Source: an uncultured archaeon (GTDB lineage Archaea; Asgardarchaeota; Thorarchaeia; Thorarchaeales; CAZPUN01). From it: a DNA stretch of 32,000 bases. The translations under genes and the position numbers were made by a program. The notes beneath the pieces were generated by a model that was not told the DNA's origin, did no database searches, and was given only the letters and a program-made list of their open reading frames with translations. Positions 1 through 9,317 of this stretch are shown here, piece after piece (within the stretch, counting starts at the first letter, position 1; each line of letters starts with the position of its first letter). Location: positions 17,533 to 49,532 of the forward strand of contig CAZPUN010000056.1 of NCBI GenBank assembly GCA_964589775.1. Direction: 5' to 3'.

Positions 1-28
1 TAAAAAAGAGAATATAATAAAAAGACCA

Positions 29-1327
29 CTAATTTCCTTCTTGGGTGCCATTAGAAAATATTTCTCGTAATTCATCGATATTCCTATTCGGCAGAAAACT
101 TCGGAACTTCAATATAATCAATATAATCGTATTGAGTATAATGATTATCAACAGAAGAATTGGACCACCATAAAGGGCATAGATGATTGAACTTGGCAGC
201 GGTGCCATAAGCATAAATGCGTTATATAAAACCGAAGTCACACCCATCATACTGGAAACGCTTTTTGATGGGATTGTCTTTCTAACATAAGCGTTTAGAG
301 CCGTTGCCCAGAGAATATCGTTCAAGGATTTTGTTGAAATTCCAATGAATGCAGTAGATACAATTACAGATAGTCCAGGAGTCAATGCATCCAAGATGTG
401 AACAATGTTAATAGGTACAATATATTCATAATATTGGCTTAAATACAAAAGTAGCATAGTCACAGGCATAAAGGAATATATTAGGACTATGGTCTTGTGA
501 CTGCCATGTTTATCAAAGAATCGCCCGACTTTTAAATTCAAAGGAACCGAAATTAACAAGGTAATCATGAGCATTACGTTTATTGAGCCAATAGAGAACC
601 CAAGTGCTTCATTTACATAAAATAGATTCACATATCGATAGATTCCATCACTAATTCCGTCGATCAGCAGAACAAGTATGAAAACCGGAAATGCCGTCAG
701 CAGGACCTTAAATGTGATTTTGTATTGTTGAATGAAGTCCACCAGTACAGATTCTTTAAGCTTTTCAGCTCGCCCGCCAGAATCTAGAAAAACAAAACGC
801 ACCACAGAATTAAGTAAATACGAAACTCCGGTTAATATAAACATGAGTTGTGCTGCTTGAACGAAAGGTAGCCCAAAGTTTAGAAAGAGCCCAAATAGAG
901 CAAGCCCCAATAGACTGAACGCCCGTCCTGCCATATACAGGCCCATTCCAATTCCACTTAACTCACGGGGTAGATTATCAAGCATATATGCAGCGGAACC
1001 TGAAGCAAACAAGGTTGTAGCAGATAGGAAGATAATTCCTAGAACGATAAATAGCATATTATTACTGAAGCCAAATATCAGATATCCAATTCCTGCAGAA
1101 ACATATGTCAAAACTGTAAGATTTTTTCGATTTAGACGATCCCCTAGATATCCGCTAAAAAATCGCCCGATAAAACTAGTCCCGCGTGCGAAAGTGAAAA
1201 CAACACCAATCATAATGTAGCTTAATCCGATATCTCGAAAGTATAGCGTAAAATAAGAAGACACTCCCGAGAAAATAAATACAAGCCAGTTCGTATAGAG
1301 GATGATTTTGAAATTTTTGTTCGACAA
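29..1327 (-). CDS. MFS transporter
   Basis: About 12 hydrophobic segments. MFS motif A in loop 2-3 (GYLGDRLNRK) and its repeat in loop 8-9 (GRFFDKHGSHK). TTG start. Confidence 0.9.
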   Translation of the reverse strand: MSNKNFKIILYTNWLVFIFSGVSSYFTLYFRDIGLSYIMIGVVFTFARGTSFIGRFFSGYLGDRLNRKNLTVLTYVSAGIGYLIFGFSNNMLFIVLGIIFLSATTLFASGSAAYMLDNLPRELSGIGMGLYMAGRAFSLLGLALFGLFLNFGLPFVQAAQLMFILTGVSYLLNSVVRFVFLDSGGRAEKLKESVLVDFIQQYKITFKVLLTAFPVFILVLLIDGISDGIYRYVNLFYVNEALGFSIGSINVMLMITLLISVPLNLKVGRFFDKHGSHKTIVLIYSFMPVTMLLLYLSQYYEYIVPINIVHILDALTPGLSVIVSTAFIGISTKSLNDILWATALNAYVRKTIPSKSVSSMMGVTSVLYNAFMLMAPLPSSIIYALYGGPILLLIIIILNTIILIILKFRSFLPNRNIDELREIFSNGTQEGN

Positions 1328-1411
1328 AAGAGTACTTATGTTCTGTCTTAGACTTATATTGAGTACCCCCCGTTAATGTAATTGTGATTAAAATATAGTT
1401 CAAGAAAATAT

Positions 1412-3274
1412 TTAAATGTTTTTTAATGCTTTTTTAGTTTCTTCCAGTAGCTCACCATAAAGATTCACGGAAGTAATTAGGGAAGTGTTTAGTGCCTTGT
1501 AATTCCTTTTCAGATAATAAAAAAGACTATTAAACACAAAGAAGCCAACCTTTAAACGAAGACTCTTCAATACGTCATATTCAAGTTCATAGCTGATGTC
1601 CAGAACATTCGAACCAACTTCTGAAATACCAATATGTAGTGCCATCAAGTTCAAATCTATCTCTGCAATTTCAAGTATGATTAATCCATATACATATTTT
1701 TCCTCCTGACTTAAAATATCGATCTCTTTAGAGATACCATAGACCGCCTCCAATAGTTCGGTTATTTCTGAAAGAGACGTGTCAAGCTCCTCAAGATCCG
1801 TATCATAAATCTCATTTAATATACCAGTATGTTTGACTATCCGAAGACCCCATAGCAATATGTTAAGATTCTGAAGATTTCGGTTCTTCACTATCAATTT
1901 CAATTTTTCAACAAATTCGAGTATCAATAATTTGACTTCGTTTGATTCCTTTTTGGATTTCATTGTGCGAATATAAATTTCTAACCCTTGTATCTTTATT
2001 GAGTAGTATGTCGCTTGTGCATCTTTCTCATCCACATAGCCTTTGGCTTTTTCATACAGATACTTTGCATAACTTAAGCTGTTTTCGTCTCCAAAGCTTT
2101 CAAAGACAATCGCAATTTTTTCAAGTACTTCCGGCAAATCATCCAAGTTAGTCTGAACTTTTAAGTCTCGTATGATATCCACCATTGGCATTATTTTATC
2201 GAGTAAATTTATCCTCAAGGATATTGTCGAAATAAGCATTGGAGGTGCTCCTGTAAGTTCATCAAGATGAATTTCCTTCGGCAGCATTCCGGTAAGTTTA
2301 TCAGTCCACTTCTTAATCCATTCAGTTAAAATTTTAATACCCTCTATGAGACTTTCTTCATCGCCAATCTTTGTGAGAGTGACTCCCATTTTCATCTGAA
2401 TATCTTCGCCAGTAGAACTATCTTCACCATAGAGTTCTTTAGCTAAATTTGCCGCAAGTTCGTAATAATGGATTGCCTGCCTCATATTTTCAGGGTCCGG
2501 CGATTTCGCCAAGTATTCTCCTGTTTCGCCATATATGCTTAGTTTTAATTTCTTGCCCTTTTCAGTATTTGGAAGATACTCCATTTGCTCGATTAGGTGC
2601 GTTAGAATTTCTTCAATGCCATCGGTTATATTTTTCTCTTTAATGAGTTGAATGTGCTTAAGGTATAATTCGAACCAGAGCTCAGGAGACTCCTTTACAT
2701 CAAGATATTTTTCAGCTTCTTTTAGAACGCGAATGGATAAACGGGCGTTTCCAATATCTTTCAAATTCGTAGATAAGTTGATCAAACTCTTTATTGCTTC
2801 AATTTTATCAATACTTGCTTCTCCATTCCAGAGAAGATACCAGCCAGATAGTAGTTTTTCCAGTAAATAATCCTGAGTATGTGTCAGCCCATACTGGGCA
2901 CTCAATTTAATGAGTTGTTCCAGTAGATTTACAGATGCTGCGATGGTTTCAAGCTCATCCTTGTCTCTTGGAGGCGGCGTATTCACCATATCAAACGAAT
3001 TACTTATTTTGATGGCTACAAGCTTGGACAAATTAAAATAATCTTCAGAAATGGACACGAACGCATTTAGCAAGTTTGAACTTATCTCGCTTAGTTCTTT
3101 TAAGGTCTTAAGGTCCGAAATAGGTACTTTATGCAGCTCTATGAATTTAATTAGGAGACTACGTGCAGTGCTAATCTTCTTGTTTCGAGTTCTGAATGCC
3201 TTTAGATTTTTATGGAACTCATCTAAATCCAGCTTGTCTTCAAGAAACATAACCATCAGATTTTCTAAACTCAT
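1412..3274 (-). CDS. TPR-like all-alpha helical repeat protein
   Basis: Repeated helical units such as DPENMRQAIHYYELAANLAKELYG, GDEESLIEGIKIL and GDENSLSYAKYLYEKA. No catalytic motif recognised. The ATG lies 1 nt after the stop of the M28 gene. Confidence 0.7.
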   Translation of the reverse strand: MSLENLMVMFLEDKLDLDEFHKNLKAFRTRNKKISTARSLLIKFIELHKVPISDLKTLKELSEISSNLLNAFVSISEDYFNLSKLVAIKISNSFDMVNTPPPRDKDELETIAASVNLLEQLIKLSAQYGLTHTQDYLLEKLLSGWYLLWNGEASIDKIEAIKSLINLSTNLKDIGNARLSIRVLKEAEKYLDVKESPELWFELYLKHIQLIKEKNITDGIEEILTHLIEQMEYLPNTEKGKKLKLSIYGETGEYLAKSPDPENMRQAIHYYELAANLAKELYGEDSSTGEDIQMKMGVTLTKIGDEESLIEGIKILTEWIKKWTDKLTGMLPKEIHLDELTGAPPMLISTISLRINLLDKIMPMVDIIRDLKVQTNLDDLPEVLEKIAIVFESFGDENSLSYAKYLYEKAKGYVDEKDAQATYYSIKIQGLEIYIRTMKSKKESNEVKLLILEFVEKLKLIVKNRNLQNLNILLWGLRIVKHTGILNEIYDTDLEELDTSLSEITELLEAVYGISKEIDILSQEEKYVYGLIILEIAEIDLNLMALHIGISEVGSNVLDISYELEYDVLKSLRLKVGFFVFNSLFYYLKRNYKALNTSLITSVNLYGELLEETKKALKNI

Positions 3275-3275
3275 T

Positions 3276-4277
3276 CTATGATCTCCGTTTCGCTAAATAT
3301 ACAATCACAGGGATTGGTAATATAACCGCTCCAACCAAGATTAGAATATCCACTGGAAATTCTGGTTCATAAACAAATGTTATGCCCTTATAATATTTGA
3401 GGAATGACTCAATGGTCCGCCCGACAATTTCTAAACTGGTCGCACTACAATGCTCAGGCGTATCTTGTAGCGTGTGCCAATATGGATAGTCGAAATCAAT
3501 TATGTCTACGGCAGGCAAGCCTAATGCCAGAAACGGACGATGATCATCAAGCATTGAATATCCAGTCCGATTCTGAAACACATCACCATACCCTAAATGC
3601 CCTGCAATACCCCAAATCGTATCAACAAGCGACTTTGTAGAATAACCCTCTCGCGGTATGTTCAGATCAGCATCACCTATCATATCAAGAATAATAACCG
3701 CCGTAGTACGATTTTTCTCGCTTTCACTCATCGATTGCGCATAGTGTTCACTACCGATACACCATGGCCAGTTATTCACATTCCCGGAATCTTCCGCATC
3801 AAAAAATACAAACTTCACCGACTCTGCAACATCGTTCGATAATATGCGGGCTAATTCTAACATCACGGCAACTCCACTGGCACCATCATTCGCACCTAGA
3901 ATAGGCTTGTCCCTGTTCCCAGGATCTGGATCATGATCCGCAACAGGCCGTGTGTCATAATGAGCACCTATAAGCACAGACGCATTTTCACTCTTCGTCG
4001 CAATTATGTTTACAAGATTTACACCCATGTATGTCCAGTTCTGAAAACGAACAGTCCAATTCCAAGACTCTAATAACCCCTTTATGTATCCGCGAGTTTG
4101 CTCTAATGCAACACTACCAGGCGGACGAGGCCCAAAATCACATTGCCCAGTGAGAAATCCAAATGCGGAATTACCGTCAAACTTGAGATCCTCTTGCTCG
4201 AACCCGCTTGCCATAACCGATGCCGAAAATAGTGGCACCAGAAATAATAGCAGAAATAAACTTACGTAAATTTTCAT
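3276..4277 (-). CDS. M28 family metallopeptidase / glutaminyl-cyclase-like, secreted and C-terminally membrane-anchored
   Basis: Motifs GAHYDTR, GANDGASGVAVMLELAR, FFDAED, DMIGD, DDHRPF and YWHTLQDT. Start moved from 4355 to ATG 4277 (MKIYVSLFLLLFLVP..., a signal peptide). C-terminal TM helix followed by basic tail KRRS. Confidence 0.9.
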   Translation of the reverse strand: MKIYVSLFLLLFLVPLFSASVMASGFEQEDLKFDGNSAFGFLTGQCDFGPRPPGSVALEQTRGYIKGLLESWNWTVRFQNWTYMGVNLVNIIATKSENASVLIGAHYDTRPVADHDPDPGNRDKPILGANDGASGVAVMLELARILSNDVAESVKFVFFDAEDSGNVNNWPWCIGSEHYAQSMSESEKNRTTAVIILDMIGDADLNIPREGYSTKSLVDTIWGIAGHLGYGDVFQNRTGYSMLDDHRPFLALGLPAVDIIDFDYPYWHTLQDTPEHCSATSLEIVGRTIESFLKYYKGITFVYEPEFPVDILILVGAVILPIPVIVYLAKRRS

Positions 4278-4511
4278 GCAATAGATTATCGCAGATACAA
4301 ATATAAATAATTTCATCCAGAAAATGAAAAAGGCTCCTAACGAAATATAACACAAACAATTCTAATTTTTCTAATGAATGATTTGTACTTATTTGGTCAT
4401 TTTTATTTCGCATTTTTTCTAAATATCGAAAAGAGTTTTTATTGGTTTACTCCTGTCAGGCTCAAAAATTTTGTTTATAGAGAAGAGTGTAAAAAATAAT
4501 AAGAATTATGA

Positions 4512-7500
4512 TTAATTGAATAGATCTGATGTGGATACATTGAAGATTTCATCTGATTTTATATCTTTAGTAATGTTATTAGATTCAATACGAATCATAT
4601 TAAGTATTTGATTAATACCCTTATTTTTCAATGAAGATTCATCACGTTTTTCTAATAGAATCTTACGAATTGCATTTTTTACTTCTTCATCAGAAAAAAT
4701 TTCTCGGGCTATTTTCATATTTTTAGATAAATCAAATAATAACATAATAATATTATTGAAAGAGTTTTCTTTTAATATTATTCTAATTGCATTTTTTACT
4801 TCTTCATCATAAAAAATTTCGTATGCTAAGTTTTCATCAATATAACATAAATTAAAATATATTGTGCCAATTATCATTGCTTCTTTCTCAGATTTCAGTA
4901 CAGACTTTATTTCGGATTTATTATTCTCAATAATCTTTCTTGCAAATTCGTTATCGATTTCACTCAAAATAGATAGTAATTTTCCTATAATTTCGCCATT
5001 TTTCTCATTTATTATAAGTTTAATATGATCTATAATATCTCTATCTTGAAGAATTTTACGAGCTAATGTATTATCAATATAACTCAAAATGGATAAGAAA
5101 TTGATTAAAAATCGTTTCATATTTTCAGAGTCATTTAGTATATACTTCTTGCTCTTTTTATATATTTTAACTAATAAATTCTTATTTCTTGTATATACAA
5201 CAGCATTTAGTATATATATAATAGATTGAAACTCAACTTTCTCTAAGTTTAATTCAATACGCTCCATTATATTTTCCAAAATGTTAGGCATATTTTTACC
5301 TAAAATATAGATAGTCTCGCTTACATCATTAATGTTATTATTAGCAATTATATTACAAAGAAATTGAGTAAAACTTGCCAATTCAACTGATTTTCCATAT
5401 TGATGCGTCTTCGTAATAATTTCATTAAAATATGGAATATATTTTATACTTACTCTAGGATCATTATCTAAATAATTTTCTATAACAATTTTTACAAGTT
5501 CTTCTAAACTAAACAACGATTTTAAATCATTTATTCTATCAAAATATTCGGGTTCGGTACAATCAATTAGTCTAAGATAAGTCATGGCAATTTTTGGATG
5601 TGATATAGATATCAATCTTTCACTATTTCTTTTTTTATAAGATAAATTCAAATACCTCTCAGAAAATTCAGCATATTTTATTAAATTTTCAATGGGTTTT
5701 TCAAAGTCCATTATTTCGAAATCTTTGGATTTTAGCTGCTTTAATAAAAAGTCATATGTAATTGGAATTTTATATTGTGAAAAATATGAGACAACGGCAA
5801 TTGGTGCATAATATTCATACAACTTGTCATTGATATCCGGATCTATTTTTTCAAGATATTTTTGGATTGCAGTACATAGTGGAGCATCAAAAACTTTTGG
5901 ATCATTACTTCTAAGATAGTTATGAATATAAAAGCTCATTATTGTTAAATTATATTCTTTACTATCAATTTTATATTTAATTTTCAATTTTTTAAGAATT
6001 TTAGACAATATATCATAGTAATTTTGTTCTACATGTAATTCATATTTGTTGAGTACTGATTTATCTAAAGATCCCTTTTTTTGCCCATAGGTTGATCCAT
6101 CTAAGCGATTATTCACTAGTCTATTATTTAACTTTTCAAAATAACTTAAACTCTCCTTGCGCAATAAATAAATGCTGTAAATCAATTTATTTGATATAAC
6201 ATTTTTAATAAAATCATCAATTTTTTCAATTGGAATTAATTGAATGTCATCAATAAAAATGACAAATTCAAAATATTTCCATTTTAAGATTTGGGTTATT
6301 TTCATAAATTCATCAAATTTAGATCTTATATCCGATGCACGGTATAGAAATACAGGAATACCCTCTAGCCATTTTTCAAACACTAATTTCAGTGCAAGAG
6401 TTGTTTTTCCACTTCCAGACTCTCCTATGATAAATAACGGTTTGTGTTCATTGATTTTATTTTTTACATTAGGATAGTCATACGAATCTACTACATAACC
6501 ATCGGCAAAATCTACAGGTGTTGGAAATACTCTCATAATCTTTGATTCAAGTTCTAATGCCCAAGTTTGCTCATTTAGAGGATATCGAGGCAACATGTAT
6601 TTTAGTAAATCATTTTCAAGATATTTTGTTAATATTTCAAAAGACTTTTCTATAAAAATTTCATAATTTGCAATAATTGATACAGTCATTTCATATTCAT
6701 TGGAATATACCTCTTTTAAACGTTTAATTCTATTGAGGTAAAAGCTCACAAAATATGGATTCTTCAACAGTCCCAAATTTGAACCAATTTTATATTCTTT
6801 TAGCAAACGATTTTTGAATTCATTATCTTGGTTTTCAATAAAGGAATATAAATCCTTAGTGTTATTATCAATAAAATCAAACATAACTATGAATGGCACA
6901 AAATTCTTTTTGATCTCATTTGGACCCTCACGGGATATCACAATTAATTTTATTTTCCCATCTTTGGCAAAATCTATTAGCTTTCCAAAACCCCAAAGGG
7001 AATACAACTTTAAATATGATAGATTCTTAGCATCTAGAAATACCACTGCATCCTTTATTTCGTCTATATTATAAATTGTCTGTTCATTCTCTTTATTATA
7101 TATTTCAATGAATTTGTCTGTTGGATTCGTTACTTTTTCAAAATCGTCAGGTTCAAAAAAGAAATAGACCTTTTGGGGATACTTTTTATGAACCTCTTTC
7201 AGTTCATCATTAAATTTATCAGAATTTTTCAGAACGAGAAATGCTTTGAAGGCTGCAAAAGACTTTCCAGAGAGCGGTGGGCCAGACATCCATATAAAAT
7301 TATATCGTTTAATAAGATCAATCAAGTTCGCAACATTATCATTTTCAATCAGTTCTTCCTGAGATGGAAATCTAATATGATTACTATAATATTTAATTAA
7401 TTCTTGCTTAGTTTTTATTCTAAGAACATCTGAAACTTCACTTATATTTGTATTTATTTTCGAGATATTTCGGTTAATATCCTCAATTTGCTCTTTGACT

Positions 7501-7958
7501 TCATTTAGGCTTTTATTCAGATTACTAAATACAACATCAATTTCAAATTTGATGGCCCTAATTTCCTTCGACTCCGATTTAGAAACAACTTCAGAAATGA
7601 TTTCCTTTATTGTCGATTGAAATTCTCCACTTTTGAAATATTCTGCAAATGATTTTTCATGAAATATTACATCATAAATTTTATCGGATATTATTGTTGA
7701 ACCTACATTATTAGAGAACCATTCTACAATATTATCAACGTAACGTAGAGGGTCATCAGATTTAGAAAGTTTCTTTATTGATTCTAGGATAGAGTCTGGA
7801 ATAATGTATGTGAAGAATGGTAAGCTTGTAGGATTCATCAAAATAAAGCCAACAGCAATAAGTCCTTTTATTATTTTTTTACCTTCTGATTTTATAGTTT
7901 TTATACTTTTAGAGAATATGCCCTTAAAAATAGATTTTATTGATTTTAGATTCACCAT
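4512..7958 (-). CDS. Large tandem double P-loop (STAND-like) NTPase with C-terminal helical repeats, paralog A
   Basis: First domain: Walker A GPPLSGKS (~7260-7283), Walker B VVFLDAK, ISR sensor-like motif. Second domain: Walker A GESGSGKTT (~6399-6426), Walker B FVIFIDDIQ. N-terminal coiled coil and C-terminal ~39-aa repeats. GAGGG RBS upstream. Very AT-rich. Confidence 0.85.
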   Translation of the reverse strand: MVNLKSIKSIFKGIFSKSIKTIKSEGKKIIKGLIAVGFILMNPTSLPFFTYIIPDSILESIKKLSKSDDPLRYVDNIVEWFSNNVGSTIISDKIYDVIFHEKSFAEYFKSGEFQSTIKEIISEVVSKSESKEIRAIKFEIDVVFSNLNKSLNEVKEQIEDINRNISKINTNISEVSDVLRIKTKQELIKYYSNHIRFPSQEELIENDNVANLIDLIKRYNFIWMSGPPLSGKSFAAFKAFLVLKNSDKFNDELKEVHKKYPQKVYFFFEPDDFEKVTNPTDKFIEIYNKENEQTIYNIDEIKDAVVFLDAKNLSYLKLYSLWGFGKLIDFAKDGKIKLIVISREGPNEIKKNFVPFIVMFDFIDNNTKDLYSFIENQDNEFKNRLLKEYKIGSNLGLLKNPYFVSFYLNRIKRLKEVYSNEYEMTVSIIANYEIFIEKSFEILTKYLENDLLKYMLPRYPLNEQTWALELESKIMRVFPTPVDFADGYVVDSYDYPNVKNKINEHKPLFIIGESGSGKTTLALKLVFEKWLEGIPVFLYRASDIRSKFDEFMKITQILKWKYFEFVIFIDDIQLIPIEKIDDFIKNVISNKLIYSIYLLRKESLSYFEKLNNRLVNNRLDGSTYGQKKGSLDKSVLNKYELHVEQNYYDILSKILKKLKIKYKIDSKEYNLTIMSFYIHNYLRSNDPKVFDAPLCTAIQKYLEKIDPDINDKLYEYYAPIAVVSYFSQYKIPITYDFLLKQLKSKDFEIMDFEKPIENLIKYAEFSERYLNLSYKKRNSERLISISHPKIAMTYLRLIDCTEPEYFDRINDLKSLFSLEELVKIVIENYLDNDPRVSIKYIPYFNEIITKTHQYGKSVELASFTQFLCNIIANNNINDVSETIYILGKNMPNILENIMERIELNLEKVEFQSIIYILNAVVYTRNKNLLVKIYKKSKKYILNDSENMKRFLINFLSILSYIDNTLARKILQDRDIIDHIKLIINEKNGEIIGKLLSILSEIDNEFARKIIENNKSEIKSVLKSEKEAMIIGTIYFNLCYIDENLAYEIFYDEEVKNAIRIILKENSFNNIIMLLFDLSKNMKIAREIFSDEEVKNAIRKILLEKRDESSLKNKGINQILNMIRIESNNITKDIKSDEIFNVSTSDLFN
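4668..4820. repeat. Intragenic direct repeat of 36 nt (4668-4703 and 4785-4820, 35/36 identical, period 117 nt)
   Basis: aattgcattttttacttcttcatca(g/t)aaaaaatttc occurs twice and encodes EIF(Y/S)DEEVKNAI in consecutive helical repeats. Confidence 0.9.
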
Positions 7959-8065
7959 GAAGCCCTCATTATGCGTTTATAAAATATAATAAAATTCAAC
8001 TATGATATAAGTTTTATTCAAAAAATTCCAAATAGTTCAAAAAATAAGAAAAATGAAATAAATCT

Positions 8066-9133
8066 TTATATTTCCCAGAAGAATTTTCCGTTCTCTTGAA
8101 TTACTTCGCCATCTGCGATGATTTTACCCGGTTTCATTGTTTTGACTATGTCGACATGGACTGCGCTCTTATTGGTTCCACCGCACTGTGGGTATGCGTT
8201 TCCGAGTGCGAGATGGATCGTATCTCCGATTTTTTCGTCGAACAGCATATTAAGAGTGAAACGTTTTATTCCACGATTTGTGCCAATACCGATTTCACCC
8301 AGTCGTTTTGCGCCAGGGTCGATATTAAGAATTTTTTCGAGCATTTCTTCGCCTTTTTCTGCAGAGAATTCAACAACTTCACCCTTTTCAAATTTGAGCC
8401 TGACGCCTTGGATCTCAACACCATTAAATAGGAATGGAATATCAAAGTACACTTTACCTTCGACTGTTGTTTCGATTGGACTTGTGAAAACTTCTCCAGA
8501 AGGAAGATTATGCTTTGCTGTTGAAGCCACCCATGTTCTGCCTTCGACACTTGCAGTAATGTCGGTTTCAACGCCGATAATACGGATTTGTTTTTTGCCG
8601 TCGAGTTTAGCTTTCAATTTGAGCATATTTTCAGATTCTTTCTCCCAATCAAGTAGCGTGGCACCATAGACGAAGTCCTGATAATCAGAAAGGCTCATGT
8701 TAGCTTGCTGGGCAAGAGCATTATTTGGATGTACTGTAAGACTCCAGCGTTTGGGTAGAATTACTTCTCGCATTTTTTCGAGAGCCTTATTTCGCTTCAT
8801 AATCTTTTCAGATGGAACACCAGAAAGCCCTTTTGTATTTTCAGGAGAGCGAATATTAATTATGACATCACTCTTTTCGAGCAGTGCGTAATAGTGTTCA
8901 GGAAAGATATCCAGAAATTCATCAGGAGCGGAGTCGTAATAGGCCTTGGACATTTCCTGAGTGTTGAGCAGAACTATTGCACTTCCGCCTTTCTTAGCAA
9001 CCCATTTCACGGTCTCAAGTGCCAATGGGTATCCATCAAGAGACGTATTGATAACAACCATATCGCCTTTCTTTACTTCGGTGGACCATTCAACCAAAAT
9101 ACGAGCATGTTCAGAGACTCGAGGATCAACCAT
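8066..9133 (-). CDS. M29 family aminopeptidase (AmpS/PepS/aminopeptidase T-like)
   Basis: Motifs NLPSGEVFTSP, GEIGIG, FDEKIGDTIHLALGNAY and NKSAVHVD. Confidence 0.95.
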   Translation of the reverse strand: MVDPRVSEHARILVEWSTEVKKGDMVVINTSLDGYPLALETVKWVAKKGGSAIVLLNTQEMSKAYYDSAPDEFLDIFPEHYYALLEKSDVIINIRSPENTKGLSGVPSEKIMKRNKALEKMREVILPKRWSLTVHPNNALAQQANMSLSDYQDFVYGATLLDWEKESENMLKLKAKLDGKKQIRIIGVETDITASVEGRTWVASTAKHNLPSGEVFTSPIETTVEGKVYFDIPFLFNGVEIQGVRLKFEKGEVVEFSAEKGEEMLEKILNIDPGAKRLGEIGIGTNRGIKRFTLNMLFDEKIGDTIHLALGNAYPQCGGTNKSAVHVDIVKTMKPGKIIADGEVIQENGKFFWEI

Positions 9134-9317
9134 AATGTTACACCAATTCGAAAAACAGAAGAATACTACTTAAGTTTATTGAAATAAAAGCGAACGAGCA
9201 AATCCACAGATCGAAAGGTTTCAATATTACAAAAAATCAAAGTACGGATGGTGCTAGAAATTCTTAAATTAATGTCTGCGCATGAACAATAACAAAATAG
9301 GATAAGAGGTCTTATTT

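Noticed and set aside
1176-1403. 75-aa ORF overlapping the MFS 5' end
   Set aside because: Alternate-frame overlap with no coding features.
4668-4820. 36-nt direct repeats as a possible mini-CRISPR
   Set aside because: There are only two copies, in frame at a 39-codon period inside a CDS, and no cas genes are present.
9134-9317. Possible ncRNA or gene fragment between the divergent aminopeptidase and WD40 genes
   Set aside because: No convincing stem, tRNA boxes or C/D boxes. It is explained as a divergent promoter region.
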